Shown here in pieces: positions 1 through 10,090 of a stretch of 64,000 nt of DNA. This stretch comes from an uncultured delta proteobacterium (lineage in GTDB: Bacteria > Myxococcota_A > Polyangia > Fen-1088). Location of the stretch: the NCBI GenBank assembly GCA_963796685.1, contig CAWCMR010000025.1:896001-960000 (forward strand), given 5' to 3'. Numbering within the stretch: the first letter of the stretch is position 1; each line of letters opens with the position of its first letter. The notes beneath the pieces are model-generated. The model did no database searches. It was not told where the DNA came from and was given only the letters and a program-made list of their open reading frames with translations. The position numbers and the translations under genes were made by a program.

Positions 1-1655
1 AGCACGCGGTCGGCCAGGGCGATGGCGGCGGAGATGCCGGTCGAGTAGGTGTAGACGTAGAAGGCGCGGTAGAAGTGCGGAATGCGTAGCCCTTCGAGAT
101 CGCTGACCGCCTCCAGCTTCACGCCGGGGCCGAAGAAGCATTCGAGCAGCTTGCGGTATTCCGCGCGCAGGACGTCCACGGTCAGCGGCGTGCCGGATTC
201 CACCAGGGCGTGCGTCTTGGCCTCGAACTCGGCGAACATCGTCTGGCGAAAGAGCGAGCCGATGATGGAGTCGACTTCTTTGTTGACGAGGTAGGCGCGG
301 ACCTCGTTCGAGGCGGCCTTGCCCGCAAGGTAGCGGCCGAGGAGCTGTTCGTTGAAGGTGCTCGCGACCTCCGCCTCGAAGGTCGTGTAGTGCCAGTGCA
401 AGAAGGCGTTGCTGCGCGCGCTGTAGTACGAGTGCATCGAATGGCCCGCCTCGTGCGCCAGCGTGAAGACGTCGTCGAGCAGCTCTTCCTTGAAGTTCAT
501 CAGGATGTACGGCTCGGCGCCGTAACTGCCGTAGGAAAAGGCGCCCGAGGCCTTGCCCTTGTTCTCGTAGCGATCGACCCAGCCGCTGCGCAAGCCTCGG
601 CCGAGCTCGGCGCCGTACTCCCTGCCGAGAGGCGCGAGGGCTTCTTGCACCACATCGACCGCCTGGTCGTAGGTGTGCCGCCAAGTCGCGGTGGGCACCA
701 GCGGAACGCGAACATCGTAGTGGCAAAGTGTGTCGAGCTTGAGCGCCTTTCGGCGTAGCTCGTAGTAGCGGTGCAGGGCGGGCAGTCCCGCGTGCACCGT
801 CGCCACCAGATTGTCGTAGACCGACTCGGGCATGGCGTCTGGGAACAGGGCCATGGCCCGCGACGAAGCGTGGTTACGTACCCTCGCGGCGTAGCGGTCG
901 AGCTGCACCGATCCTTCGTAGAGCACACCCAGCGTCGTCTTGTGCTGGTCGTACTGCGCGTAGTAGCGCTCGTAGGCCAGGCGGCGGAGCTCGCGATCCT
1001 GGCTTTGCTGGTAGCTCGAAAACGTCGAATGGCTGAGCGGCCTTTTGCCGTCCTTGGTGTCGAGGGTTCCGAAATCGAAATCCACGTCGGTCAGCACGCT
1101 GAACGCATTCGACACCGCCTGGTTGGCCTCGATCTGCATGGCCAGCAGACGTTCTTCCTTCTCGCTCAGCACATGGGGCTTGAAGCGCAAGAGCTTGCGC
1201 AGCCAGATCGCGAATTCGGCCAGGGCCGGATGCGCCAGGTAGCCGGCCATGCGGTCGTCGGGAATGGCGTGGATCTCGGGGTCGAAGTAGCTCCACGCGG
1301 TCTGCGCCTCGGCCTGGCTCATCATGAAGCGCGCGGTGCGATCGCGCGAGGCCGACAGCCCCTGATCCTCCGATTCGCGCAGGGCCGCGTAGCAAGCCAG
1401 GCGCTCTTCGAGAAGGCCGAGGTCGCGCAGAAAAACCAACGCCGCCGCGAGCGCTTCGGGTCCTCCCCCCAGCGTACCCTTGAAGATGGGGATCGTGGCC
1501 GCCAGGGCACGGTAGCGTTCGAGCTCCTTGTCCCAGGCCGCTTCGTCGGCGTAGAGCTTGGTCAGATCCCATTGGTCCGCGGCGGGAACGTCCTTGCGCG
1601 GCCGGAGGGTCGGTCGAGAATCCTGTTCGTGGGCGAAAAGCGGGAAGCTGGGCAT
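1..1655 (-). CDS. pepF: Oligoendopeptidase F (M3B peptidase); 3' end runs off the window
   Basis: Hand translation from ATG at 1655: 'RKDVPAADQWDLTKLY', 'WVDRYENKGKASGAFSYG', zinc motif 'TLAHEAGHSMHS', 'EVASTFNEQLL'. Absent from the ORF track because it is open at the window edge. Confidence 0.93.
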   Translation of the reverse strand, partial: MPSFPLFAHEQDSRPTLRPRKDVPAADQWDLTKLYADEAAWDKELERYRALAATIPIFKGTLGGGPEALAAALVFLRDLGLLEERLACYAALRESEDQGLSASRDRTARFMMSQAEAQTAWSYFDPEIHAIPDDRMAGYLAHPALAEFAIWLRKLLRFKPHVLSEKEERLLAMQIEANQAVSNAFSVLTDVDFDFGTLDTKDGKRPLSHSTFSSYQQSQDRELRRLAYERYYAQYDQHKTTLGVLYEGSVQLDRYAARVRNHASSRAMALFPDAMPESVYDNLVATVHAGLPALHRYYELRRKALKLDTLCHYDVRVPLVPTATWRHTYDQAVDVVQEALAPLGREYGAELGRGLRSGWVDRYENKGKASGAFSYGSYGAEPYILMNFKEELLDDVFTLAHEAGHSMHSYYSARSNAFLHWHYTTFEAEVASTFNEQLLGRYLAGKAASNEVRAYLVNKEVDSIIGSLFRQTMFAEFEAKTHALVESGTPLTVDVLRAEYRKLLECFFGPGVKLEAVSDLEGLRIPHFYRAFYVYTYSTGISAAIALADRV

Positions 1656-1706
1656 AGGGGAAGGTTTCCCGGCAAACCCCGTCTCGTCAACTACCTGAAG
1701 AAATTA

Positions 1707-1816
1707 ACCACAGAGGACACGGAGAACACGGAGACGGAGGAGAGGGAAGGAGTTTGGACCTGAGATCCGGAAACCCCTTCCCTTCCGGCCTCTGTGTCCT
1801 CTGTGCTCTCTGTGGT
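1707..1816. repeat. ~110-bp palindromic intergenic element (ACCACAGAG...CTCTGTGGT), copy 1
   Basis: Inverted ends with internal CAC(A/G)GAG units; related copies at 6196 and 39912. Confidence 0.85.
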
Positions 1817-1827
1817 GAAAAATCCGG

Positions 1828-2913
1828 CTAGGATGCCTTGGGATCGTCCCCTCGTAGCGCTTCGGCCTGGAAGTGGGCGCGCAGGCTGCTGATGATGTCT
1901 TCCAGATCGCCGTCCATGATCGCCGGCAGGTTGTGCGTGGTGTAGCCGATGCGGTGATCGGTCAGGCGATCCTGGGGAAAGTTGTAGGTGCGGATCTTCT
2001 CCGAGCGGTCGCCGCTGCCGATCTGGCTGCGCCGCTGCTCGCGCTCGGCCGTCTCCTGCTTTTCCAGCTCGATTTCGTACAGCTTCGAACGCAGAATCTT
2101 CATGGCCATGGCCTTGTTCTTGTGCTGGCTCTTTTCCTGCTGGCAGTGAACGTAAAGGCCGGTGGGGATGTGGTGGATGCGCACGGCGGAATCGGTGGTG
2201 TTCACCGACTGTCCGCCCGGGCCGCCCGAGCGCATGACCTCGATCTTGAGATCCTTGGGGTCGATGTTGATGTCCACGTCCTCGAGCTCGGGCATGATGG
2301 CCACCGTTGCCGTGGACGTGTGGATGCGGCCCTGGGCCTCGGTGGTGGGCACGCGCTGCACGCGGTGCACGCCCGATTCGTACTTGAGGTGCGCATAGGC
2401 GCCCTTGCCCTCGACCGCAGCCACCACTTCCTTCAGACCGCCCGCCGAGGCGCTGGACATGGACAAGATCTCGACCTTCCAGCGCCGGCGCTCCGCGAAC
2501 CGCGTGTACATGCGAAACAGGTCGGAGGCAAAGAGCGCGGCCTCCTCGCCACCCGTGCCGCCGCGAATCTCGAGCAGGATGTTCTTGTCGTCGTTGGGAT
2601 CCTTGGGCAGCAGCAGAAACTTCAGCCGCTCTTCCAAGCGCAGCTGCTCGGCACAAAGCTCGGTTTCCTCTTGCCGTGCCAGATCCCGCATCTCGGGATC
2701 CTTTTGCATTTCGCGCGCTTCCTCGATGTGCGCCAGGGTCTGCCGATGGACGCGCAGGGTGTCAACCAGCTCGCGGATGTCCGCGTGCTCCTTGGCCAGC
2801 TTCTGCATGACTGGCGGGCGCGAAAGGATCTCCGGGTCCGACAGCTTGGCGGATAGCTCCTCGGAACGGCTCTCTACGGCGGCAAGCTTGCCGAGCAGCA
2901 GATCGTCGAGCAT
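1828..2913 (-). CDS. prfA: Peptide chain release factor 1
   Basis: GGQ motif ('GGPGGQSVN'), RF1-type PxT ('RVPTTE'), '[16 protein letters not shown]'. Confidence 0.97.
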   Translation of the reverse strand: MLDDLLLGKLAAVESRSEELSAKLSDPEILSRPPVMQKLAKEHADIRELVDTLRVHRQTLAHIEEAREMQKDPEMRDLARQEETELCAEQLRLEERLKFLLLPKDPNDDKNILLEIRGGTGGEEAALFASDLFRMYTRFAERRRWKVEILSMSSASAGGLKEVVAAVEGKGAYAHLKYESGVHRVQRVPTTEAQGRIHTSTATVAIMPELEDVDINIDPKDLKIEVMRSGGPGGQSVNTTDSAVRIHHIPTGLYVHCQQEKSQHKNKAMAMKILRSKLYEIELEKQETAEREQRRSQIGSGDRSEKIRTYNFPQDRLTDHRIGYTTHNLPAIMDGDLEDIISSLRAHFQAEALRGDDPKAS

Positions 2914-2955
2914 GGAGAGACCAGGCGCGCGGGCACTGCCGCGCTGCCGATTCCT

Positions 2956-3180
2956 TTACGTCTCGGTCGGCGGCGTGGAGGGACGGCCGTACTTCTTGTT
3001 GAAACGCTCGATGCGGCCGCCGGTGTCCAAGAATTTCTGCTTGCCCGTGTAGAACGGGTGGCAGTTCGAGCAGATGTCCACCATGAACGACGCGCGTGTC
3101 GAATAGGTCTCGACCTTGTGCCCGCAGGCACATGAGATCGTGGTGGGCTTGTAGGCTGGATGAATCCCCTTCTTGGGCAT
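2956..3180 (-). CDS. rpmE: 50S ribosomal protein L31 (Zn-binding type)
   Basis: '[10 protein letters not shown]...CACG...[30 protein letters not shown]'; true start is the ATG at 3180 inside the longer ORF. Confidence 0.96.
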   Translation of the reverse strand: MPKKGIHPAYKPTTISCACGHKVETYSTRASFMVDICSNCHPFYTGKQKFLDTGGRIERFNKKYGRPSTPPTET

Positions 3181-3335
3181 GACGCGAAACCTCGTGTGAA
3201 GAGGGGTTTTATAATCGGACTTGGGCCGAAGGGCAAGCGGCAGTGCGCGAATTTTTGATTTGGCTGCGCTTGATGCACGAGGCTGGCACGTCTCAGCCCG
3301 CGCTTCGCCGACTCTTATTGTATAGTGCGGCGCCA

Positions 3336-5258
3336 ATGGCCGACCAATCCAATTCGAATAGCGGAATTCGCCGCTCGGCCGTGTACAGCTATCTGCGTCC
3401 GCTGCTCGACGGGCGGCGCGTACTCGAGGTCGGCTGTGGCACGGGCGAGGCCACCTCGCACCTGGTTCGTTTGGGCGCCAGAAGCGCCGTCGGTGCGGGC
3501 AGTGCGCGCGAGGTCGCCGAGGCACGCGCACGCCAGCGCGTGGGTGCCCTGGGCTTCGTGACCATGACCGCCGGCGCGATCGACTCGGCCGGGGCCTTCG
3601 ACCTGGTGCTCGTGCCCGACGCCGCGGAGATCCTGCGTGGACACGGCCCAATCCAGCTCTCCACGCTGCTGGCCCTGATCGCTCCTGGAGGGCGCCTGGC
3701 TTGCATCGTCGCCAACGGCGATCTCGGCGAGGGCCTTGCCTACTACGACGTGGTGGACGCCCTGACTCCGCACTTCCCCAAGGTGCGCATGTTCGGCCAA
3801 ACCCCGTTTCTGGCCTACGGCATCGCGGAATTCGACGAGGCCGCGGTGGACCTGCGCGTGGACGCGGACCTTGCCGAGCGCGAATCCGAGGAGCCCACCC
3901 ACTACATCGCCCTGGCGGGGCCCGACGAGCCCGTGAGCCTGGGCTACGCCCTGGTGCAAATTCCTTCCAACGAATGGGATGCTCGCACGCAGGGCGAGCG
4001 CGCACCCGCCGGCACGGGCATCAAGGCGCCCGACACGGCCCTCGGCGAGCTTCGCCAAAGGCTTACGGAAAGCGAAGGCAAGAGCGAGGGTCTCTTGCGC
4101 GTGTCGCGCGCCCAGAGCGAGGAGATCGAAGAGCTGCGTGCGCGCTTGCGCCGCACCGCCGAGGCACGCGCGGAGCTCGACGAGGAGGTGCGCCGCTTGC
4201 GCCGGTCGCTCATGGAGGCCGACGAATCGGTGGTCAGCCTCACGCGCAAGACCACCGAGGAATTGACCGCGCTGGCCCAGCGCCTGACCGCGGGGCTGCG
4301 CACCGACCAGCCTGCGCCCGGTCCGGTGTCCGGCGAGGAGCTGCAACGACGCGAGCAAGAGCTTGCAGAGCGCGAGTCGGCCCTGTCGGAGCGCGACGAT
4401 CGCATCGCCGCGCTCGAGGCCGCCAAGCAAGAAGCCGCGTGGCGCGCCGATGCCGCCGACGATGAGCTCGGGCGCGCGCGCGCCGAGCTGGCCAGCCTGC
4501 GCGACGAACGCGATCGCGCGCTGGCGCGTGCACCCGAACCCGACCTGCAGGCAACGCTGCGTGCGCAAGAGGCGACCATCGAGGACTTCCGTCGGGCCGC
4601 GACCGCGCACCTCGAAGAGGTGAACCGTCTACGCGATGCCGCCAACGAGCAGGCCAGCCTGGTGACCGAGCTCGAGGAAGCCTTGGCCGAGAGCGAGAAG
4701 CAACTGGCCGGCCACACCGCCGAAATCGCTCGTTTGCAGCGGGCGCTGTCGGAAATCGAAGACGCCGATCGTGTGCGCCGCTCCCGCCTGGCCGAGCTGG
4801 AAGGGTTGATGCTGCGGGCAGAGCACGACTCCGCCCGACAGAACGAATCGCGAAAGCGGGATTTGGCCGAGCTCGAGAGCCTGCGCGCCCGTGCGGCCGC
4901 AAGCCAGGGCGAGATCGAAGCCCTGCGTGCGCGTTTGGTCCAAGCGGAAGAGGCCCTGATGGTGGCCAGGACGGCCGCAACCGGCGCTGATGCCGGGCGG
5001 ATGGCCGAGCTGGAGGTGCGGGTGCGCGAAGGCGAGGAGCGCGAGCGCCGGCTGGTCGAGCTGGAAGCTCGGGTGCGCGAGAACGAAAATCGCGAACGCC
5101 GGCTGGCCGAGCTGCGCGCAGAGGCCCCGGATCCCGAGGAAGTCTACGAGCGCCTCTTCGACCTCGAAACGCAGTACCAGGCCGCGACCATGGCGGCGGC
5201 GCGGGTGCCGTCGCTGGAAGCCAAGCTGGCGGAGCTGGAAGCGCAGCGCGCGCAGTAA
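3336..5258 (+). CDS. Class I SAM methyltransferase-like N-terminal domain fused to a long coiled coil
   Basis: '[10 protein letters not shown]' SAM-binding motif I, followed by about 400 aa of E/R/A/L-rich heptads. Confidence 0.75.
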   Translation: MADQSNSNSGIRRSAVYSYLRPLLDGRRVLEVGCGTGEATSHLVRLGARSAVGAGSAREVAEARARQRVGALGFVTMTAGAIDSAGAFDLVLVPDAAEILRGHGPIQLSTLLALIAPGGRLACIVANGDLGEGLAYYDVVDALTPHFPKVRMFGQTPFLAYGIAEFDEAAVDLRVDADLAERESEEPTHYIALAGPDEPVSLGYALVQIPSNEWDARTQGERAPAGTGIKAPDTALGELRQRLTESEGKSEGLLRVSRAQSEEIEELRARLRRTAEARAELDEEVRRLRRSLMEADESVVSLTRKTTEELTALAQRLTAGLRTDQPAPGPVSGEELQRREQELAERESALSERDDRIAALEAAKQEAAWRADAADDELGRARAELASLRDERDRALARAPEPDLQATLRAQEATIEDFRRAATAHLEEVNRLRDAANEQASLVTELEEALAESEKQLAGHTAEIARLQRALSEIEDADRVRRSRLAELEGLMLRAEHDSARQNESRKRDLAELESLRARAAASQGEIEALRARLVQAEEALMVARTAATGADAGRMAELEVRVREGEERERRLVELEARVRENENRERRLAELRAEAPDPEEVYERLFDLETQYQAATMAAARVPSLEAKLAELEAQRAQ

Positions 5259-5387
5259 CCACCGGACGCGCAAGAATACACCCAAGCCGGATCTTGCGCC
5301 CGGCCATTCCTCTCGGTTTAGTGTGAAACCTTGCCGCGAGAAAGCCCGTGCCGGGGCCGTGGGCGGTGGTATCTTTCCATTCGACAC

Positions 5388-6131
5388 ATGCGTGGTTCGG
5401 CTGATCTCTTGCTGTTCGCACATCTCCTCGCGAGGACGGACGACAAGCTGGAAGTGGAACACCTGGCCCTGCTGCTGGCGGAGCCGGAGCATCCCGGACT
5501 CGACATCCAAGCCTACCTCAACAAGCTGAACGTGATGGGCGAGCTGGCCCGCATCAAGCTTCGAGGCTGTCGCGGCTTGGCGCCGGCGGATCGCATCGTC
5601 CCCATCCTGCGCTTGTTGTTCGGCGAGCTCGGGTATCGCGGCAACGTCGTGGATTTCTACGATCCGCAGAACAGCTTTCTCAACCACGTCATCGATCGTC
5701 GCACGGGCAACCCGCTTTCGCTGGCGGTGGTCCTGCTGGCGGTGTGCCGCCGCGCGGGGGTTGCCGCCGAGGGCGTGTCGTTTCCCGGCCACTTTCTCGT
5801 GCGCGCGGCCAAGACCTCTGGCGAAATGGCCACCATCGATCCCTTCGACGGCCGCATGATCTCGCCTTCGGTTTTGCGCTCGATCTACGAATCGGCCACC
5901 GGGGATCCCGGCGACATCGACGAGCAGTTCCTCGCGCCCGCTTCGCACCGCCAGATCGTCCTGCGCATGCTCAACAACCTGCGCGCCATCTACGAACTGC
6001 GCGGCGACCAAGACCGACTGCGCTTCGTCCTCGAACGCATGGCCCTGCTCAACCCGTCCGAGGAAGTGCAGCGCCGTCTCGATTCGGTGGTCCACGCCGT
6101 GGCCCTGGCCCCGCGCCTCAGCATCAATTAG
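5388..6131 (+). CDS. SirB1 / transglutaminase-like (Transglut_core2) protein
   Basis: 'FYDPQNSFLNHVIDRRTGNPLSL...GVSFPGHFLVR', 'RMLNNLRAIY'. Confidence 0.85.
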   Translation: MRGSADLLLFAHLLARTDDKLEVEHLALLLAEPEHPGLDIQAYLNKLNVMGELARIKLRGCRGLAPADRIVPILRLLFGELGYRGNVVDFYDPQNSFLNHVIDRRTGNPLSLAVVLLAVCRRAGVAAEGVSFPGHFLVRAAKTSGEMATIDPFDGRMISPSVLRSIYESATGDPGDIDEQFLAPASHRQIVLRMLNNLRAIYELRGDQDRLRFVLERMALLNPSEEVQRRLDSVVHAVALAPRLSIN

Positions 6132-6195
6132 CGGCTGGGCGCAGGCCAATTCGCCAAGAGTGGAGAACCACGTGGCGAGCGGCGAAAAGAGGCTA

Positions 6196-6297
6196 ACCAC
6201 AGAGGCACGGAGAGCACAGAGGGCACAAAGGCAGAAGGGTTCGGATCCAAAATCCGGAAAACCCCATCCGTCTCCGTGCTCTCTGTGTCTCTGTGGT
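6196..6297. repeat. Palindromic intergenic element, copy 2
   Basis: ACCACAGAGGCACGGAGAGCACAGAG ... CTCCGTGCTCTCTGTGTCTCTGTGGT. Confidence 0.85.
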
Positions 6298-6353
6298 GAA
6301 TATCCGTATCCGTTTCGCGGTTGGGGAAATCACCGCTAGAATCGCAAGGGTCC

Positions 6354-7820
6354 ATGCGCCTAGCCCTTGCTTTCATCGTGCTCACGGTTGGCAGCCCAGC
6401 GCTTGCGGCCGGTGACGAACCGTCAACCGCCGCGGCACCGGGGGACACAGCGGACGCGCAGGCGCTACCGGAATTTCCACGCGATCCGACCTTCGAGCCC
6501 AGCTATGTCCTGGAGGGCGTCGAGGTACGCGGCAACCGCAAAACGCAGACCGCGCTCATCTTGCGCGAGGTCGGCCTGCACGCCGGCGATGTGGTCAGCG
6601 CCAACGACGCGCGCGTGGGCCTGGCCCGGCTCCGCTTGCTCGCGCTCGGTTTCTTTCTCGACGTGCACCTGTCCCTGGTCAAGGGCACCAAGCGCGGCCA
6701 CGCCAGCCTGGTGGTCGAGGTCGAGGAGCGCGGGACCATCATCCTCGACGCGCTTTACCTCGGCACGAGCCAAGCCACGGCGGTGTGGGGCGGGCTGGCG
6801 GTCACCGAACGCAATCTGCTCGGACGCGGTCTCGCACTCGGGGGCGGTTTCGTCGGCTCCACCCGCCCAAGGGTCGAGGGCGCCGAGCCCGGCTTCGCCG
6901 GAGCGCTGCACGTGGCCGGACCGCCGGCCTTCTTTTCCGGCCGACTGGCCTTGCAAGCCAGTTTCAATGTCTCGCGCGGCAGCGAGTTCATGCGCACCGG
7001 CGGGGACGCGTCCAGCGCCGATCCCGCGAACTTCATCGCCGCCAACGTGCGGCGCACCGGCGGGACCTTCGGCGCCGGACGCGCGCTTTCGCGCACCTTC
7101 TTCCTGACCGGCGAGGCGCGGTTCGAATCCATCCGCGCGGAGGTGCCCTTGCTGAAACTGCCGGCCGGGACGACGCCACCCATCCCGCTCGCCATCCACG
7201 ACGGTGATAGCCATCTCGGCTCGCTCAGCCTGATCCTCGACATCGACTCGCGCACCGATCCGATCCTGCCCAGGGGCGGCCATCACGTTTCGTTTTCCGT
7301 CGAGGCGACCACCACCGCCCTCGCGTCGAGCTACGGCTTCGTCAAGGGCGTGGTCCAGGCTTCCAACTACTTTCCCTTGCGCTGGGGACACGTCCTTGGC
7401 ATCCACGGCTACCTCGGCGGCATCTGGGGCGATGCCCCCTACTTCGACCGTTTCTTCATCGGCGACCTGAATCAACTGCTGCCACCGCGCGCCCTCGGCC
7501 TCAATTTCTCGACCCAGCCGTCGCGGGATTTTCTCGGTACCGGCATCGCAGCCCATCGCTACGACAATCTCGCCGGCCGCGCCCTCGTCGAATACGCCAT
7601 TCCGATCTGGAGCCGACACGGTCTGCTGTACCGGGGCGATGCCTTCGCGGCGTTCGGCGTGCTGGCGGTTTCGAATCCGGACGATCTGAGGCGTGGCGCT
7701 CTGCCCCTGTCACGCGCCATCGCCAGCGATCTCACCGCCGACCTCGGCATCCGTCTCGACACCACCATCGGCATCTTCACGCTTTCGGTGGCCAACGCCA
7801 TCGGCCGGATCCCGTTCTGA
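6354..7820 (+). CDS. Omp85 (BamA/TamA-like) outer-membrane protein with a POTRA domain
   Basis: Signal peptide, POTRA 'VEVRGNRKTQ...LVVEVEER', 'ERNLLGRG', barrel strands, C-terminal Phe. Confidence 0.8.
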   Translation: MRLALAFIVLTVGSPALAAGDEPSTAAAPGDTADAQALPEFPRDPTFEPSYVLEGVEVRGNRKTQTALILREVGLHAGDVVSANDARVGLARLRLLALGFFLDVHLSLVKGTKRGHASLVVEVEERGTIILDALYLGTSQATAVWGGLAVTERNLLGRGLALGGGFVGSTRPRVEGAEPGFAGALHVAGPPAFFSGRLALQASFNVSRGSEFMRTGGDASSADPANFIAANVRRTGGTFGAGRALSRTFFLTGEARFESIRAEVPLLKLPAGTTPPIPLAIHDGDSHLGSLSLILDIDSRTDPILPRGGHHVSFSVEATTTALASSYGFVKGVVQASNYFPLRWGHVLGIHGYLGGIWGDAPYFDRFFIGDLNQLLPPRALGLNFSTQPSRDFLGTGIAAHRYDNLAGRALVEYAIPIWSRHGLLYRGDAFAAFGVLAVSNPDDLRRGALPLSRAIASDLTADLGIRLDTTIGIFTLSVANAIGRIPF

Positions 7821-8479
7821 TGACCCGCGGGGCGCGCATCTTCGGCTTGGGTCTCGTCGCGCTGCTCGGCGCGACGCCGGCGCAGGCCGAGCCCACAGCG
7901 GTTCGCACCGTCGGAATCGCGCGCCAGGCGGACAGGCTGGTGGTCAGCGTCGGGTTGCAAGATCTCTTCGGAGCGCGCGACGTCGAGCGTCTGCTGTCCG
8001 GATTCTCCACCCGTGTGCTGATTCGCGTGGCCCTACTGCGCGAAGGCGGCGACGAACCGGTGGCGCAGGCCATGCGTCTGGCGGAGATCGTCTACGATCT
8101 GTGGGACGAGAAGCTGAGGGTGCGCATCTCGACCGGCAAGCCCGGCGCGACCGAAACCCAGGTGGTGGCCACGCCCAAGGCCGCCGCAGACCTGGCCACC
8201 TCGCTGGTGGCGTTTCCCGTGGCCGAGATCGGCCGGCTGGACCCCAGGGCGACCTACCACGTAAGCCTGCGCGCGGATCTCAATCCGATCTCCGAGGAAT
8301 TGGTCGGCAATGTGCGTCGCTGGCTGTCGCACCCGAGTGGCCGCGGTCGCTCCGGATCGGGCGACAGCTTCTTCGGCTCCTTCGTCAGCGTCTTCGTCAA
8401 TCCGCGGATCGACGACAGCGAGCGCCTGCTGCAGGTCGTGTCGCAGTCCTTCGTCCCGCCCGGGGAGCCAAGGCCATGA
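7820..8479 (+). CDS. Exported protein, DUF4390-like
   Basis: Signal peptide and 'IVYDLWDEK' motif; sits directly upstream of an NtrY-like kinase, the usual DUF4390 context. Confidence 0.6.
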   Translation: MTRGARIFGLGLVALLGATPAQAEPTAVRTVGIARQADRLVVSVGLQDLFGARDVERLLSGFSTRVLIRVALLREGGDEPVAQAMRLAEIVYDLWDEKLRVRISTGKPGATETQVVATPKAAADLATSLVAFPVAEIGRLDPRATYHVSLRADLNPISEELVGNVRRWLSHPSGRGRSGSGDSFFGSFVSVFVNPRIDDSERLLQVVSQSFVPPGEPRP

Positions 8480-9948
8480 GGTGGCCGGGCCGCTTCGCGC
8501 TCAAGATGCTCGCCGAGATGCTCCTGGTGGCGCTGCTGTCGGCGCTGCTGTCGGCCTACGCGTTCTATTTCGTCGTACACCGCTTCGCCGATTTCTCCAT
8601 CGCGCAGTCGGGGCGCGTCGCCATGGCGTCGCAACGAGCGGCAGAGGTCTTTCGCTCCTACTTCGCCGACCGCAAGGAGGAATTCCGGCGCCGCGCCCAC
8701 GTCATCGCGGCGGCCGGCGTCACCGACATGGCCAGCCTGGCGGGGACCGAGAGCCTGCTGCGCGCCCGCCTGCTCGACGGCGACGAGGAAATCGACGCTT
8801 GGGAAGCCGACGGCGCGACGTTGGCGCACTCGCGCGAGGCCCCGCCCATCGTCGTGGCCGTGCCCGCGAAGAACAGCAACGAGGGCACGCGGGTGCTGGA
8901 GCTGACGTTCGGAATTCCCCTCGACATGTACGAGAACTTCCTATCGCTGCGCGATGCCATCGACAAGGAGCAGCAGCTCGACCGCGTGTACGACCTCATC
9001 ATTCCGCGCTTCTTGCGCCAGTACGTCTTGATGGTGTTGGTCATGCTGGCCGCGGCGCCACTCATCGGTTGGCTGTTCGCCCGCCAGGTCACCCGCCGGG
9101 TGGCGCGCTTGCACGATGCCGCCCGGCGCGTGGGCGCCGGCGATCTTCATGTGCGCGTCGCCCCCAAGGGCAAGGACGAGCTGGACGAGCTCGGCCGCGC
9201 CTTCGACGGCATGGTGGCCGAGCTCGGCCAGGCCCGTTCCCGCCTCGAGTATTTGCAGAAGGTGTCGGCCTGGCAGGAAGTCGCGCGCCGGCTGGCCCAC
9301 GAGATCAAGAACCCGCTCACACCCATCCAATTGGCCGTGCAAGAGCTGGCCAGCAAGTACCACGGGGACGACGCCTCCTATCGCAGCTTGCTCGATACCG
9401 CCAGCGAGATCCTGCGCGAGGAGATCACCGGGCTGCGCCGCCTGGTCGACGATTTCTCGGCCTTTGCCAAGCTACCCAAGGTCGAGCCGGCGGCCATCGA
9501 TCTCAATCTGCTCTTGGCGGAGATCTTGCGCTCGCAGCCCGAGTGGCAGACCGCCGTACACGTGATCGCGAGCCCTGCCCCGGTGTACGCCATGTGCGAC
9601 CGCACGCTGTTTCGTCGGGTGATGGCCAATCTGGTCGAAAATGCCATGCAAGCCACGCAGGGCGCCGGCCGCGCGCCCGAGATCCTCATTCGGGCCGAGC
9701 CACGCGGCGAGCGCGCCGCCATCCTGGTCGACGACAACGGGGCGGGCGTGCCGGAGAGCCACCGACAGCACATCTTCGACCCCTATGTGACCCACCGCGA
9801 AGGCGGCACCGGACTGGGTCTGGCCATCGTACGCAAGATCGTCATCGACCACGGTGGGGACGTCACCGTGGGCCAGTCGCCCCTGGGCGGCGCCCGCTTC
9901 ACCGTGGAGCTGCCGTCCGGCGGTGCCGTGCCCAATCCTTACGCCTAG
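8476..9948 (+). CDS. HAMP sensor histidine kinase (NtrY-like)
   Basis: 2 TM helices, HAMP, H-box 'WQEVARRLAHEIKNPLTPIQL', N/G boxes 'NLVENA', 'DDNGAG', 'GTGLGLAIV'. Confidence 0.92.
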   Translation: MRWPGRFALKMLAEMLLVALLSALLSAYAFYFVVHRFADFSIAQSGRVAMASQRAAEVFRSYFADRKEEFRRRAHVIAAAGVTDMASLAGTESLLRARLLDGDEEIDAWEADGATLAHSREAPPIVVAVPAKNSNEGTRVLELTFGIPLDMYENFLSLRDAIDKEQQLDRVYDLIIPRFLRQYVLMVLVMLAAAPLIGWLFARQVTRRVARLHDAARRVGAGDLHVRVAPKGKDELDELGRAFDGMVAELGQARSRLEYLQKVSAWQEVARRLAHEIKNPLTPIQLAVQELASKYHGDDASYRSLLDTASEILREEITGLRRLVDDFSAFAKLPKVEPAAIDLNLLLAEILRSQPEWQTAVHVIASPAPVYAMCDRTLFRRVMANLVENAMQATQGAGRAPEILIRAEPRGERAAILVDDNGAGVPESHRQHIFDPYVTHREGGTGLGLAIVRKIVIDHGGDVTVGQSPLGGARFTVELPSGGAVPNPYA

Positions 9949-10027
9949 AACGACGGAGCCCGAAAGCAAATCGGATTTCCGCGGTTCTATTTAGGACTCG
10001 TCCGTCCGCAATTCTTCCACGTTGGCC

Positions 10028-10056
10028 TTGAGACAATCGGCCGTGCGTACTATATT
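10028..10056 (+). promoter_or_regulatory. Putative sigma70 promoter of the cytochrome operon
   Basis: TTGAGA (10028-33), 17-nt spacer, TATATT (10051-56), about 35 nt upstream of the ATG at 10091. Confidence 0.5.
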
Positions 10057-10090
10057 CCGCCGAGTTCATTGACCGACGGCGCTGTCGACC

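Noticed and set aside
1828-2913. prfB with programmed frameshift
   Set aside because: It has the RF1 PxT motif and a continuous ORF.
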